Assembly (NCBI GenBank): GCA_030591685.1
Contig: JAUVAX010000007.1
Span: forward strand, 62,001-84,732
DNA from: Pseudobdellovibrionaceae bacterium
GTDB taxonomy: Bacteria; Bdellovibrionota; Bdellovibrionia; Bdellovibrionales; UBA1609
Length of the DNA: 22,732 nt
Direction of reading: 5' to 3'
Shown: piece after piece, positions 1-9,982 of the stretch
How the letters are laid out: each line of letters begins with the position of its first letter
Numbering within the stretch: position 1 is the first letter of the stretch
Notes under the pieces: generated by a model
Database searches by the model: none
What the model saw: the letters and a program-made list of their open reading frames with translations, nothing else
Told to the model about the DNA's origin: nothing
Made by a program: the position numbers and the translations under genes

Positions 1-1
1 T

Positions 2-2425
2 AAAAGGGGTCAGCGGGCCAGTTACGGAAAGTCAGTGTTTCCTAGATATCAAATTCAAAAGGCTCGTTTAATTGTGAGTGTTGGAGCTGACTTTTTAGGC
101 ACTTACGTCACTCCCGTTTCTTTTAGTAAACAGTTCTCTAAGCGCCGAAACCCAGATGGAGACATGAATAAGCTAATCTCTTTTGAGTCAGTACTGTCTT
201 TAACGGGGGCCAATGCCGATGAGCGGTTTCAGGTAAAGCCGACGCAAAAACTAACAGCAGTTATGGCTATCTTAAGTGACTTAATTATCAAAAAAGGCCG
301 AACATCATACTCTGCCGATAGGCGGGTAGTTCGAGCTTTAAAAAGCTTTGATGAAGCTATAAAAGCTTTGCATCTGCCAGAGGGAGCTATCTCTCGAATT
401 ACAGATGAGCTTTGGTCCAACAGAGGCAAAAGTTTAGTCCTCTCCGGAGGCATGCAGTCAAAAACTAGCAAGGCTTTAGAATTACAAGTGGCCACGAACT
501 TTTTAAACTCAGTTTTAGGTAATGATGGTAAAACCATAGACTACTCTCAGGCGAGCCAAAGGGGTTTTGATGGGGGTGCTGAGAACGTTAACAAGTTAGT
601 TTCAGCCATTAATAGCGGTAAAATTAAAACTTTAATTGTTCAAGGCACTAACCTGGCTTACTTTTTACCAGAGACTTCTGGGTTTAAAGAGGCGATTAAA
701 AAATTAGATTTGATTGTTTACTTAGGTGATAGAAACGACGAAACGGGGCGTATTAGTGATTATATAGTCCCTGACCATCATCAGTTTGAAACATGGGGGG
801 ACTCTGAGGGGCTCTCCGGCGTATATGCTATCCAGCAGCCTACAATTAGACCTTTATATAAAACAAGAGCCTTTCAAGAGTCTTTAATGAAATGGGCGAA
901 CCTTTCAGGGATGGGTCCTAATCGCTTTAAAGAAGAAAGCTGGTATAAGTATTTACAAGAACACTGGAAGTATAACATTTGGTCTAAAAATCGTTCTGTA
1001 AGTTTTGCGAGCCAATCGTTTGATGATTTTTGGTACGAGCTACTTCAAAAGGGAGTGTTTGATACAAGTCGAACAAAAAGATCTAGGTCTACAGGGGCAA
1101 GAAATTTTAACATTTCACAGTTTTCAAAAATTTCTCCATCTGAAGAGCACAAGTGGGAGTTGGCACTTTATCAAAAATCTATATTAAAAGATGGGGCCCT
1201 TGCAAACATGGCTTGGCTTCAAGAGTTACCAGACCCAGTGACTAAACTTGTCTGGGATAACTATGTTTGTATTTCGGTGCAAGACGCCCAGGCCCAACAT
1301 ATAAAAGAGGGTCAGGTTTTAAATCTTAAAGTGGGTTCGACCAGCGTGAGTATTCCTGCTCATATACAGCCAGGCCAAAAGTCAGGAGTCTTAGCTTTAG
1401 CCGTGGGCTATGGTCGAAAAGGCGCTGGTAAAGTTGCTGACGGCATTGGGGTCAATGCCTATCAATTGGCACAGTATAATGCCAATGAGGTGGCTTATTC
1501 AGGGCTGCCTGTTGAGTTTAGTTCTACTAGCGATTATGTAGAGCTTGTTACCCCTCAGGGGCATCACTCCATGGAAGGGCGACAAATTGCAATTGAAGCC
1601 ACCCATGATCAGTATAAACATAATAAAGAGGCCAACATTCATAGGCATAAAATTTTTAGTCTTTGGGATAAGCATGAGTATAAAGGTCATAAATGGGGCA
1701 TGTCCATTGACCTGAACACCTGCAACGGTTGCTCGGCATGCGTAGTGGCCTGCCAGGCTGAAAACAACATACCCGTTGTTGGTAAAAAGTATGTCATGGA
1801 GGGCCGAATTATGCAGTGGATTCGGGTGGATCGTTACTACTCTGGTGACCCCAATGACCCATCTATTTTAAACATGCCTATAACTTGTCACCATTGTGAC
1901 AATGCTCCTTGTGAAACGGTTTGCCCAGTGGCGGCAACCACTCACTCTGATGAAGGCCTGAACACAATGACCTATAATCGCTGCGTAGGTACACGGTACT
2001 GTGGCAACAACTGCCCTTATAAAGTCAGACGTTTTAATTGGTTTAATTATACTAAAGACATAAAAAAGCCTTTAAATATGGCATTAAACCCTGAGGTTAC
2101 AGTACGTGTCCGGGGAGTTATGGAAAAGTGCTCTTTTTGTGAACCAAGAATTAAATCAGCAAAAGAAAAGGCCAAGCAAGACGGACGTGCTTTAAAAGAC
2201 GGTGATATTTTAACCGCATGCCAGCAGTCCTGCCCCGCTGATGCCATTGTTTTTGGCGACATGAATGACCCCAATAGTAAGCTAAGTCAGATGTTCAGTG
2301 AAAAAAGAACATACAGTTTGCTTGAGGAGTTAAACGCGGTGCCAGCCCTTAAGTATCAAACTAAAATTAGAAATACAGACAAGTTAAAAACTGAAAACTC
2401 AAAAAAAGATCAAGGGGGTCATTAG
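2..2425 (+). CDS. actB: Alternative complex III subunit ActB (molybdopterin-oxidoreductase-like domain plus Fe-S domain), 5'-truncated
   Basis: Frame is open from base 2 ([16 protein letters not shown]...), so the GTG at 35 is probably not the start. Motifs [16 protein letters not shown] and Fe-S Cys sets [37 protein letters not shown] (Thr replacing a Cys, 3Fe-4S type), CSFC, CQQSCP. Followed by an NrfD-type gene. Confidence 0.92.
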   Translation, partial: KRGQRASYGKSVFPRYQIQKARLIVSVGADFLGTYVTPVSFSKQFSKRRNPDGDMNKLISFESVLSLTGANADERFQVKPTQKLTAVMAILSDLIIKKGRTSYSADRRVVRALKSFDEAIKALHLPEGAISRITDELWSNRGKSLVLSGGMQSKTSKALELQVATNFLNSVLGNDGKTIDYSQASQRGFDGGAENVNKLVSAINSGKIKTLIVQGTNLAYFLPETSGFKEAIKKLDLIVYLGDRNDETGRISDYIVPDHHQFETWGDSEGLSGVYAIQQPTIRPLYKTRAFQESLMKWANLSGMGPNRFKEESWYKYLQEHWKYNIWSKNRSVSFASQSFDDFWYELLQKGVFDTSRTKRSRSTGARNFNISQFSKISPSEEHKWELALYQKSILKDGALANMAWLQELPDPVTKLVWDNYVCISVQDAQAQHIKEGQVLNLKVGSTSVSIPAHIQPGQKSGVLALAVGYGRKGAGKVADGIGVNAYQLAQYNANEVAYSGLPVEFSSTSDYVELVTPQGHHSMEGRQIAIEATHDQYKHNKEANIHRHKIFSLWDKHEYKGHKWGMSIDLNTCNGCSACVVACQAENNIPVVGKKYVMEGRIMQWIRVDRYYSGDPNDPSILNMPITCHHCDNAPCETVCPVAATTHSDEGLNTMTYNRCVGTRYCGNNCPYKVRRFNWFNYTKDIKKPLNMALNPEVTVRVRGVMEKCSFCEPRIKSAKEKAKQDGRALKDGDILTACQQSCPADAIVFGDMNDPNSKLSQMFSEKRTYSLLEELNAVPALKYQTKIRNTDKLKTENSKKDQGGH

Positions 2426-3783
2426 TGATCAAAAGAGAGCCCTTAGTATTAGGTAATAAATCATTAAAAGATGTCACCGAGGATATATGCGAGGTGGTGG
2501 AAAGGCCGCCAGGCAAGGCTTTTTTAGCCGCCTTGTTTTCGGCTAAAATGCTGTTTATTTTTTACATCATAGTTTGGGGATGTATTGTTGCTAAAGGCAT
2601 TGGTCTCATGGGGATCAACAGCCCTGTAGGCTGGGGTACGGCGATTATTACTTTCGTTTTTTGGATTGGTATTGGACATGCCGGTACATTGATCTCGGCT
2701 GTTTTATTTTTATTTCGCCAAAAATGGAGAACATCCATTGCTCGAACAGCTGAGGCAATGACTGTTTTTGCTGTTATGACGGCCGGCGTATTCCCTTTAC
2801 TTCATACTGGTCGACCTTGGTTGGCGTATTGGTTGCTGCCATATCCAAACCAAAGAGGTCCTTTATGGGTGAACTTTAGGTCGCCGTTATTATGGGATGT
2901 CTTCGCTGTATCTACCTACGCCACAGTGTCTATTGTTTTTTGGTATATAGGTATGGTCCCTGATTTGGCGACAATTCGGGATCGAGCAAAAAATAAAATT
3001 AGAAAAACTGTTTATGGGGCTCTATCTTTAGGTTGGAGGGGCACAGCCACTCAATGGAACCATTTTGAAATGGTTTATATGCTGTTAGCCGGGCTGGCCA
3101 CACCACTCGTACTTTCTGTGCATAGTATTGTATCGTTTGATTTTGCGGTGGCTAACTTGCCGGGTTGGCACACAACTATATTCCCGCCATATTTTGTGGC
3201 CGGAGCTATTTTCTCAGGCTTTGGGATGGTTGTTACGTTAATGGTCATTATCAGAGAAGTTTTACCTAAGTTCAAAAGCTACATCACAATGAACCACATG
3301 GAGAACATGAACAAGATTATCATGACCACAGGCCTGCTTGTCGGCTATGCTTATGGTTCTGAATTTTTTGTCGCCTGGTACTCTGGCTCAGAGTATGAAG
3401 TCTATGCTTTTACAAACCGAGCTTTTGGGCCCTATTGGTGGTCTTATTGGACGATGATTACTTGTAATGTATTTATCCCACAATTATTTTGGTTTAAAAA
3501 AATCAGAACAAGTATACCCGCCATGTTTGTGATTTCTATTTTTGTAAACATAGGTATGTGGTTTGAGCGTTTTGTAATTGTTGTGACCTCCCTTCATAGA
3601 GACTTCTTGCCTTCAAGTTGGGGGATGTTCAAATTTACCTTCTTTGATTTAGGCGTTATTTTTGGAAGCTTTGGAATGTTCTTTTTTCTATTTTTACTCT
3701 ACACACGAGTTTTCCCGGCTATTTCAATCGCTGAAGTAAAACCTGTTCTTGGTGTGGGCAGAAAGGATGAAACCCATGGATAG
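2425..3783 (+). CDS. actC: Alternative complex III subunit ActC (NrfD/PsrC-family polytopic quinol-binding membrane protein)
   Basis: [76 protein letters not shown]; many hydrophobic helices; GTG overlaps the actB stop (TAGTG). Confidence 0.93.
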   Translation: MIKREPLVLGNKSLKDVTEDICEVVERPPGKAFLAALFSAKMLFIFYIIVWGCIVAKGIGLMGINSPVGWGTAIITFVFWIGIGHAGTLISAVLFLFRQKWRTSIARTAEAMTVFAVMTAGVFPLLHTGRPWLAYWLLPYPNQRGPLWVNFRSPLLWDVFAVSTYATVSIVFWYIGMVPDLATIRDRAKNKIRKTVYGALSLGWRGTATQWNHFEMVYMLLAGLATPLVLSVHSIVSFDFAVANLPGWHTTIFPPYFVAGAIFSGFGMVVTLMVIIREVLPKFKSYITMNHMENMNKIIMTTGLLVGYAYGSEFFVAWYSGSEYEVYAFTNRAFGPYWWSYWTMITCNVFIPQLFWFKKIRTSIPAMFVISIFVNIGMWFERFVIVVTSLHRDFLPSSWGMFKFTFFDLGVIFGSFGMFFFLFLLYTRVFPAISIAEVKPVLGVGRKDETHG

Positions 3784-4333
3784 TATATTTGACTTTATAA
3801 AAGGCTTTATTAACGGAAAAACCAGAAAGGTTGTCGCAGGTATTTGGCTTGACGAAAAGGCCCTTGTTGGGGCAGCTAGAACCGCTAAAAACATGGGGAT
3901 TGATAAACTCGAGGCGATTAGCCCTTACCCCATGCACGAAATTGATGATGCTTTAGGGATACCCCGTTCTATTATACCCTACGTAACAATAGTGACGGGT
4001 TTAATAGGGTGTGCTTTTGGTATTTGGTTAACGGTTTGGACTTCGGCTTACGACTGGCCCTTGGTTATTGGCGGCAAGCCATTAAACTCATTGGCAGCAT
4101 TTGTACCTATAATTTTTGAGTGTACGATATTATTTGCAGCTTTAAGTTCGGTGGCGGCTATGATTTATAAGTGTGGCCTACCTAAAGTGGACCCACCTAT
4201 AATTGACCCAGATTTAACATGTCATAAGTTTGCTCTTTTTGTCCCTGAAGATTCAAAAAGTTATGATGAGGCTAAACTTGAGCTTTTATTCAAAGACCTA
4301 GGGGCTGTAGAAGTTAAAAAGGCGGAGTTTTAA
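3776..4333 (+). CDS. actD: Alternative complex III subunit ActD (DUF3341-type membrane protein)
   Basis: [41 protein letters not shown]; two TM helices. ATG 3776 chosen because AAGGA (3763-3767) precedes it; the ORF track start is 3749. Confidence 0.85.
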   Translation: MDSIFDFIKGFINGKTRKVVAGIWLDEKALVGAARTAKNMGIDKLEAISPYPMHEIDDALGIPRSIIPYVTIVTGLIGCAFGIWLTVWTSAYDWPLVIGGKPLNSLAAFVPIIFECTILFAALSSVAAMIYKCGLPKVDPPIIDPDLTCHKFALFVPEDSKSYDEAKLELLFKDLGAVEVKKAEF

Positions 4334-4885
4334 ATGAAAGCATTAATACTATCGTTTGCTGTGGGTTTGAGTTTGTTCTTTTTAACAGGCTGCGATGCGG
4401 GTAAAAACAAAACAAACATCGAAACGTTTCAAGGAATGTTTGACCAGATTAATAACAAGTCACAAGACTATGATGAACTCTCTGAGCAGCCCTCAAATAG
4501 AGTGCCCCCTGAAAACACAGTGCCTCGAGGGTTTAAACCCTATAAATATAAAGGTCGTCTCACGGCTTCAGGTGCAATGAGAAACCCTAAGGCGGGTGAC
4601 TTTACTCCTGAAACTCTTGAAGTTGGTAAAACACGTTATGAAGTTTACTGTGGAGTATGCCATGGTATGAGCGGGCAATCTGATACCGTCGTGGCGGGTA
4701 AGCTCAGTGTTAAGCCCCCAACTATTTTTAGTGATAGAATTAAAAAATTAAGTGATGGGCGGCTTTATTATGCGATCACTGAGGGCTATGGCCTAATGGG
4801 TAGTTATTCACGACAAATATTGAGCGAAGGTGATCGCTGGAGTGTTGTGAACTATGTGAGACATTTACAAAAAAGTAAAAAATAG
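4334..4885 (+). CDS. actE: Alternative complex III subunit ActE, monoheme cytochrome c lipoprotein
   Basis: Lipobox LTGC after a hydrophobic signal; single CGVCH heme motif; distal Met in GYGLMGSY; DRWSVVNYVRHLQ C-terminus; ATG directly follows the actD TAA. Confidence 0.88.
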   Translation: MKALILSFAVGLSLFFLTGCDAGKNKTNIETFQGMFDQINNKSQDYDELSEQPSNRVPPENTVPRGFKPYKYKGRLTASGAMRNPKAGDFTPETLEVGKTRYEVYCGVCHGMSGQSDTVVAGKLSVKPPTIFSDRIKKLSDGRLYYAITEGYGLMGSYSRQILSEGDRWSVVNYVRHLQKSKK

Positions 4886-4906
4886 GCCAAATTGGGAGAT
4901 CGTCAA

Positions 4907-6100
4907 ATGGCAGAAGAAAAGTTAGCAAAGCCGGGTAAACTGGTTATTTCAAAAAATTTAAAAATTACCTACTCTGTGTGTATGTTTTTAGGGGTATTGA
5001 CTTTTGGCCTGACTTTGGCAAAAGACCCCGAAAGAGCATGGCATGCTTATTTGAATGGTTTCTTTTATTTTGTAACTCTCGCTGTAGGTGGGATGTTTTT
5101 TACAAGCCTACAGCATATTACAAAAGCCGGGTGGAGCGTTAACGTAAGACGTATCACAGAAAGCTTTACGGCCTTTTTGCCAATGGCTGCATTTTTAGGG
5201 GTTATACTACTTATTGGAGCCCCTCATTTATATGAGTGGCTACACCCGGACATTGTGGCAAAGGATGTGCTGCTGAGCCATAAGCAGAGTTATTTAAATC
5301 AAGGTTTTTTTTGGTTTAGAATGTTCGTGTTTTTTACAGGCTGGATAGTGTTTAGTAAAATTATGGTAGGGCGGTCTTTAAAACAAGATGAAACAGGTGA
5401 TGTTTCGCTCACTACTAAAAATGTAGGTTTATCAATTGGTTGTTTAATGTTTTTCGTGTTTTCGTTTTCATTATTTAGTGTGGACACAATTATGAGCTTA
5501 CAGGCTCATTGGTTTTCTACCATCTTTGGTGTGTACGCATTTAGTGGGATGTTTCAAGCCTCTATGGCCGTAGCGGTTTTGTTAACACTATATTTAATAG
5601 AAAAAGGGTATGTTAAAGGCCTCATGACGATAGATCATGTTCATGATTTTGCTAAGTTCATGTTTGCATTTACAATTTTTTGGGCCTACATAGCCTTCTC
5701 TCAGTACTTACTCATATGGTATGCTAACTTGCCTGAGGAGAGCTTTTATTACATCATGCGAACAACTGAGCCTTGGTTGTATGTTTCTCTATTTTTAATT
5801 ATTTTTAAATTTATTGTTCCGTTTTTTGCGCTGTTACCTCGGTGGGCGAAGAGAACCCCAGGGCATTTAAAGGTGGTTTGTTATTTAATTTTAGTGGCTC
5901 AGTTTGTAGATATATTTTGGATGATTTATCCGGCCTTTAATGAGTCAAAAATAATTTTCGGACTCCCTGAGATATTAATTTTTGCAGGATTTATGGGGGC
6001 TTTTTTATACACAACCTTTAGGTTTTTAAGCAAAAATTCATTGGTTCCGTTAAAGGATCCACGCTCTGAAGAGAGTGATCACCACCACGTGGTCTATTAA
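4907..6100 (+). CDS. actF: Alternative complex III subunit ActF (ActC-paralogous polytopic membrane protein)
   Basis: AGWSVNVRRITE, LYEW, DTIMSLQAHWFSTIFG, HDFAKFMFAFTIFWAYIAFSQYLLIWYANLPEE. ATG 4907 follows GGGAG (4894-4898); the ORF track start is 4892. Confidence 0.88.
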   Translation: MAEEKLAKPGKLVISKNLKITYSVCMFLGVLTFGLTLAKDPERAWHAYLNGFFYFVTLAVGGMFFTSLQHITKAGWSVNVRRITESFTAFLPMAAFLGVILLIGAPHLYEWLHPDIVAKDVLLSHKQSYLNQGFFWFRMFVFFTGWIVFSKIMVGRSLKQDETGDVSLTTKNVGLSIGCLMFFVFSFSLFSVDTIMSLQAHWFSTIFGVYAFSGMFQASMAVAVLLTLYLIEKGYVKGLMTIDHVHDFAKFMFAFTIFWAYIAFSQYLLIWYANLPEESFYYIMRTTEPWLYVSLFLIIFKFIVPFFALLPRWAKRTPGHLKVVCYLILVAQFVDIFWMIYPAFNESKIIFGLPEILIFAGFMGAFLYTTFRFLSKNSLVPLKDPRSEESDHHHVVY

Positions 6101-6359
6101 TTTTGGCAACATAGGCCTGGCTTAACGGCTCGGCCCTTGAATAAGAAACTTGTTTTTAAATGCGTTCACTGGTGCCAGGGCCAATTTTAGAGGTGTAATT
6201 GTTTAGTTATGCTGCGCATCACTTGTGCGTTCTTAAAAAGGGCGTTTATTTTGGCCCTCAGGGCTTGACGGGGTGTGCCCTTTTCAGCGATAAAGAGGTT
6301 ATGAGTTTTAAAATAATGCATTCAAAATACAAAAGTGAAAAGTCATAGAGTCCTTATAA

Positions 6360-8306
6360 ATGCCTGAAGTTATTATAATTTTACCTGATAATTCGAAAAA
6401 AACTTTTGATCATGAACCCACGATTTTAGAAGTGGCTTTAAGCATTGGCCCTGGCCTCGCTAAAGACACCATCGGGGGTCAAATAAACAATCACTCTGAA
6501 ATAATAGATTTTAGAGTTAAATTACCAAATAATACTCAGTTGAAAATTATCACCATGAAATCCCCCGAAGCGAACGAGGTGATTCGCCACTCGGCGGCTC
6601 ATGTTATGGCTCAGGCGGTGCAAGAGTTATGGCCCGAAGTTAAAGTGACCATTGGCCCTGTGATTGAAAATGGTTTTTATTATGACTTTGACTCAAAAAA
6701 AACATTTCATGAAAACGACCTTGAAGTAATACAAAAACGTATGAAGGACATTATAGGCCGTAAGCTCCCCATTGTTCGTGAAGATTGGTCAAAGGGGCAG
6801 GCCATTGAAACATTTAAGTCTATGGGCGAGCATTTTAAAGTCGAAATTATCGAGGGTCTCGATACTGACGAAGTAGGGATTTATAAACAGGGCGAGTGGT
6901 TTGATTTATGCCGTGGCCCTCATGTGCAGCACACAGGTCAAATTAAGGCCATTCAACTACTAAGCGTTGCCGGTGCTTACTGGCGTGGTGATGAAACTAA
7001 AGAGCAGCTACAACGTATTTACGCCACAGCTTTTAGTGATAAAAAAGAGTTAAAGCAGCATTTACACAATTTAGAAGAAGCTAAAAAAAGAGATCACCGT
7101 AAGTTGGGCAAAGAGTTAGGTTTGTTTTTTATAAACCCAATCTCCCCAGGGGCTCCATTTTTTGGCCCTAAAGGTACAGTGATCTACGATCAGCTGCAGA
7201 GGTACATTAAAGAAAAGTACAATGAATATGATTATAGCGAGGTCATTACACCTCAAATATTTGATGTAGATTTATACAAACAATCTGGTCACTACGAAAA
7301 CTACTCTGAAAACATGTACTTTACTAAAATCGAAGAGCGTGAGTTTAGCGTAAAGCCTATGAACTGCCCGGGGCACTGTGTGATGTTTGGGTCCGAGTTA
7401 AGGTCTTATCGCGACCTTCCGTACAGAATTGCAGACTTTGGTCGTCTCCATAGATGTGAGCGCAGCGGGACTATGCATGGGCTGACTCGTGTTAGAAGTT
7501 TTGCTCAAGATGATGCTCATATTTTTTGTTCTATCGAACAGTTGCAACAAGAGATTCAAGCATTTATGAAGTTCTTAAATGAAGTTTATGAAACTTTGGG
7601 TATGACAAATTATAAAATTTTTCTCTCCACTCGACCTGAAAAACGAATGGGTGATGAGTCGGCTTGGGATAAATCTGAAGAGGCCTTAAAAAAGGCCTTA
7701 GAAATACTAGAGCTTGATTACACTATAAACCCAGGCGAGGGTGCTTTTTATGGCCCCAAGCTAGATATAATGTTTGTAGATGCGTTGAACAGGTCTTGGC
7801 AGCTAGGCACCTTGCAATGTGACTTTAACATGCCCGAGGCTTTTAAGTTAAAATATGTGGGCGAGGACAACTCAGATCACAGGCCTGTAATGCTACATAG
7901 GGCTATATTAGGCTCTTTTGAGCGTTTTATAGGTGTTTACCTTGAACATACGGCAGGGCACCTACCTTTTTGGATGTCTCCGGTGCAAATTAAAATTTTA
8001 AACGTCACTGACAACCAAAAGGCATATTGTGAAGAGTTGTGTTCAGACCTTAAAAGCCAAGGCTATCGTATTGAGTTTGATGACCGCAGTGAAAAGCTAG
8101 GGTATAAAATTAGAGAAGCACAGATTAAAAAAACCCCATATATGTTGATTATCGGGGATAAAGAGGTTGAAAATAAAACCATCGCAGTCCGGCTCAGAAA
8201 TGGCGAGACGAAGTATGGAGTGACCAAAGATGAGTTTTACCTTAGCATAAAAAATGAACAAGATTTACGTCAACTAACAAGCCAATGGCTAAATACAGAA
8301 AACTAA
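6360..8306 (+). CDS. thrS: Threonine--tRNA ligase
   Basis: TGS domain, RHSAAHVMAQAV, DLCRGPH, RDHRKLG, KPMNCPGH, GLTRVRSFAQDDAHIF, AFYGPKLD, HRAILGSFERFIG. Confidence 0.98.
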   Translation: MPEVIIILPDNSKKTFDHEPTILEVALSIGPGLAKDTIGGQINNHSEIIDFRVKLPNNTQLKIITMKSPEANEVIRHSAAHVMAQAVQELWPEVKVTIGPVIENGFYYDFDSKKTFHENDLEVIQKRMKDIIGRKLPIVREDWSKGQAIETFKSMGEHFKVEIIEGLDTDEVGIYKQGEWFDLCRGPHVQHTGQIKAIQLLSVAGAYWRGDETKEQLQRIYATAFSDKKELKQHLHNLEEAKKRDHRKLGKELGLFFINPISPGAPFFGPKGTVIYDQLQRYIKEKYNEYDYSEVITPQIFDVDLYKQSGHYENYSENMYFTKIEEREFSVKPMNCPGHCVMFGSELRSYRDLPYRIADFGRLHRCERSGTMHGLTRVRSFAQDDAHIFCSIEQLQQEIQAFMKFLNEVYETLGMTNYKIFLSTRPEKRMGDESAWDKSEEALKKALEILELDYTINPGEGAFYGPKLDIMFVDALNRSWQLGTLQCDFNMPEAFKLKYVGEDNSDHRPVMLHRAILGSFERFIGVYLEHTAGHLPFWMSPVQIKILNVTDNQKAYCEELCSDLKSQGYRIEFDDRSEKLGYKIREAQIKKTPYMLIIGDKEVENKTIAVRLRNGETKYGVTKDEFYLSIKNEQDLRQLTSQWLNTEN

Positions 8307-8322
8307 ACGAAGGAGTTTTGTT

Positions 8323-9042
8323 ATTAAAAGAAAAGGAAGCGGGGGTCGAAAGGCACCAAGTCGAGATGGTAAGTATAAGATTAACAAAAACATATCTGCT
8401 CCCGTTGTAAGATTGATTGATGAGGAGGGTACAATGCTCGGTGAGATGACCGGCTCTGCAGCCCTTGAGTTAGCTCTGAATAAGGGGCTAGATTTAATAG
8501 AAATAGCTCCCACAGCCAAGCCGCCCACTTGTAAAATAATGGATTATGGCAAGTGGAAATACGAAAACAAAAAAAAGCTGGTTGCGGCAAGAAAAAAGCA
8601 AACTAAAATTGTTATTAAAGAAATTCAAATTAGACCAAGAACTGAGGACCATGATTTAAACACCAAACTGACCCATGCCAGAAAGTTTTTAATAGAGGGT
8701 GACAAGGTTAAAGTGAATTTAAGGTTTCATGGTCGTGAAATGGCTCACCAAGAGTTAGGGTTAGTGCTTTTACAAAGGGTCACTAAAATTTTGGAGGAGA
8801 TCTCAATAGTCGAGTCCCCGCCAAAAAAAGAGGGGCGTCAGATGTTTATTCTCTTAGCTCCAGACCCAGTTAAAATCAAAGTTTACCTTAAAAAAGTAAA
8901 ATCAGAGAACAAGGCCCTTGAGGCTGAGGCGGCTGCTGATATGCCTATCGCACCCAGTGAAGACAAAGTGCCCTCTGAAGAACCAAAAGAGGCTACAAAC
9001 CAAGAGCAGCCAAAAGAGGCCACAAGCCAAGAACAGGCTTAG
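8323..9042 (+). CDS. infC: Translation initiation factor IF-3 with AUU start codon and acidic C-terminal tail
   Basis: In-frame ATT at 8323, 7 nt after AAGGAG (8310-8315), restores KINKNISAPVVRLIDEEG. Also LDLIEIAPTAKPPTCKIMDYGKWKYE, KEIQIRP, GDKVKVNLRFHGRE. The ORF track start (8413) cuts the conserved N-terminus. Confidence 0.96.
   Translation: MKRKGSGGRKAPSRDGKYKINKNISAPVVRLIDEEGTMLGEMTGSAALELALNKGLDLIEIAPTAKPPTCKIMDYGKWKYENKKKLVAARKKQTKIVIKEIQIRPRTEDHDLNTKLTHARKFLIEGDKVKVNLRFHGREMAHQELGLVLLQRVTKILEEISIVESPPKKEGRQMFILLAPDPVKIKVYLKKVKSENKALEAEAAADMPIAPSEDKVPSEEPKEATNQEQPKEATSQEQA
8983..9036 (+). repeat. Two 27-bp tandem copies encoding PKEAT(N/S)QEQ in the IF-3 tail
   Basis: ccaaaagaggctacaaaccaagagcag / ccaaaagaggccacaagccaagaacag, 3 mismatches. 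Confidence 0.85.
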
Positions 9043-9073
9043 CTGAGTACATAAAATTAAAAAATATTTATTA

Positions 9074-9105
9074 AAAAGGGTCCTTTATGGGCCCTTTTGT
9101 TTATT
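9074..9105 (+). terminator. Probable intrinsic terminator after infC
   Basis: aaaagggtcc-tttat-gggccctttt stem (one G-U pair) followed by gtttatt. Confidence 0.7.
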
Positions 9106-9244
9106 GAGCCCCTGTTAATTAAGAAATTACCCGGGGCGTTATGTTTAAGGCGCCCCGTGTAAGTCCCTAAATTGACGCTCTAATTAGTGATCAATGAGTT
9201 CGTATAAGCGGTCTAAGTTAATGTTTATATTCAATTTAAAAGGC

Positions 9245-9273
9245 TTGTCAAAGCCCCAGTGACGCGGTAAATA
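9245..9273 (+). promoter_or_regulatory. Possible sigma70-type promoter for rpmI-rplT
   Basis: TTGTCA-17 bp-TAAATA, about 80 bp upstream of rpmI; the -10 match is weak. Confidence 0.35.
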
Positions 9274-9350
9274 TTTTGTTCAAGCAAGTCGCTGATTAAG
9301 GCTAAAGAAGTGTATTTTTTAAAATACCGCCTCTTCAGAAGGGAAGAAAA

Positions 9351-9542
9351 ATGAAGCAAAAAACTCACAGTGGTGCTAAAAAGCGCTTTCGTGCAAAACC
9401 TAGTGGAAAAATCAAACGTAAAAAACAAGGCATGAGACATATACTTTCGCCGCATTCATCTAAGTTAAAGCGCCATTTAGGTCAATTAACTTATGTTGAG
9501 AGTGCAAATATGTATCAGGTTAAAAGGTATTTAGTTCTTTAG
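9351..9542 (+). CDS. rpmI: 50S ribosomal protein L35
   Basis: MKQKTHSGAKKRF...GKIKR...RHIL; 63 aa, basic; lies between infC and rplT. Confidence 0.96.
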   Translation: MKQKTHSGAKKRFRAKPSGKIKRKKQGMRHILSPHSSKLKRHLGQLTYVESANMYQVKRYLVL

Positions 9543-9554
9543 AGGAGATTTTTC

Positions 9555-9902
9555 ATGCGAGTAAAAAGAGGTTTTAAGGCGCGACGTCGTCGAAATAAAG
9601 TTTTAGATAGAGCAAAAGGGGCTAGAGGTTCAAACTCTCGCTGTTACTCTGTTGCTGTTGAAAAAAATGATAGAGCATTAGCTTATGCATATCGTGATCG
9701 TAAAGTTAAAAAACGAGAGTTTAGAAAATTATGGACGATCAGAATCAACGCAGCGGCTCGTCAGTGTGGGACTACATACTCACGCTTAATGGGTGCAATA
9801 AATAAGTCGGCTTTTGAGTGTGATCGTAAGATCTTAGCTGACTTAGCGGTTCATGATATTAATGGGTTTAAAGCTATTGTAAGTAAAGTACTACCTGCTT
9901 AA
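9555..9902 (+). CDS. rplT: 50S ribosomal protein L20
   Basis: [50 protein letters not shown]. Confidence 0.98.
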   Translation: MRVKRGFKARRRRNKVLDRAKGARGSNSRCYSVAVEKNDRALAYAYRDRKVKKREFRKLWTIRINAAARQCGTTYSRLMGAINKSAFECDRKILADLAVHDINGFKAIVSKVLPA

Positions 9903-9934
9903 TTATAAGTGGTTATGTATTTAAGGTGATCGAC

Positions 9935-9972
9935 TAAGCCCAGTAAATACATTACTGGGCTTATTTGCATTT
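9935..9972 (+). terminator. Intrinsic terminator-like hairpin after rplT
   Basis: Perfect 12-bp stem taagcccagtaa-ataca-ttactgggctta followed by tttgcattt. Confidence 0.75.
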
Positions 9973-9982
9973 GAGAGAGTTT

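Noticed and set aside
2..1680. ActB as an active molybdoenzyme
   Set aside because: The actCDEF context identifies ACIII, whose ActB molybdopterin-like domain is known to lack the cofactor.
6301..6348. Short ORF MSFKIMHSKYKSEKS upstream of thrS as a leader peptide
   Set aside because: No Thr codons, the SD-like GAGG is only 2 nt from the ATG, and no attenuator structure follows.
6101..6359. tRNA, T-box or clear promoter/terminator between actF and thrS
   Set aside because: No cloverleaf or T-box motif. TTGACG (6265-6270) lacks a good -10, and the gggc/gccc stems are ambiguous.
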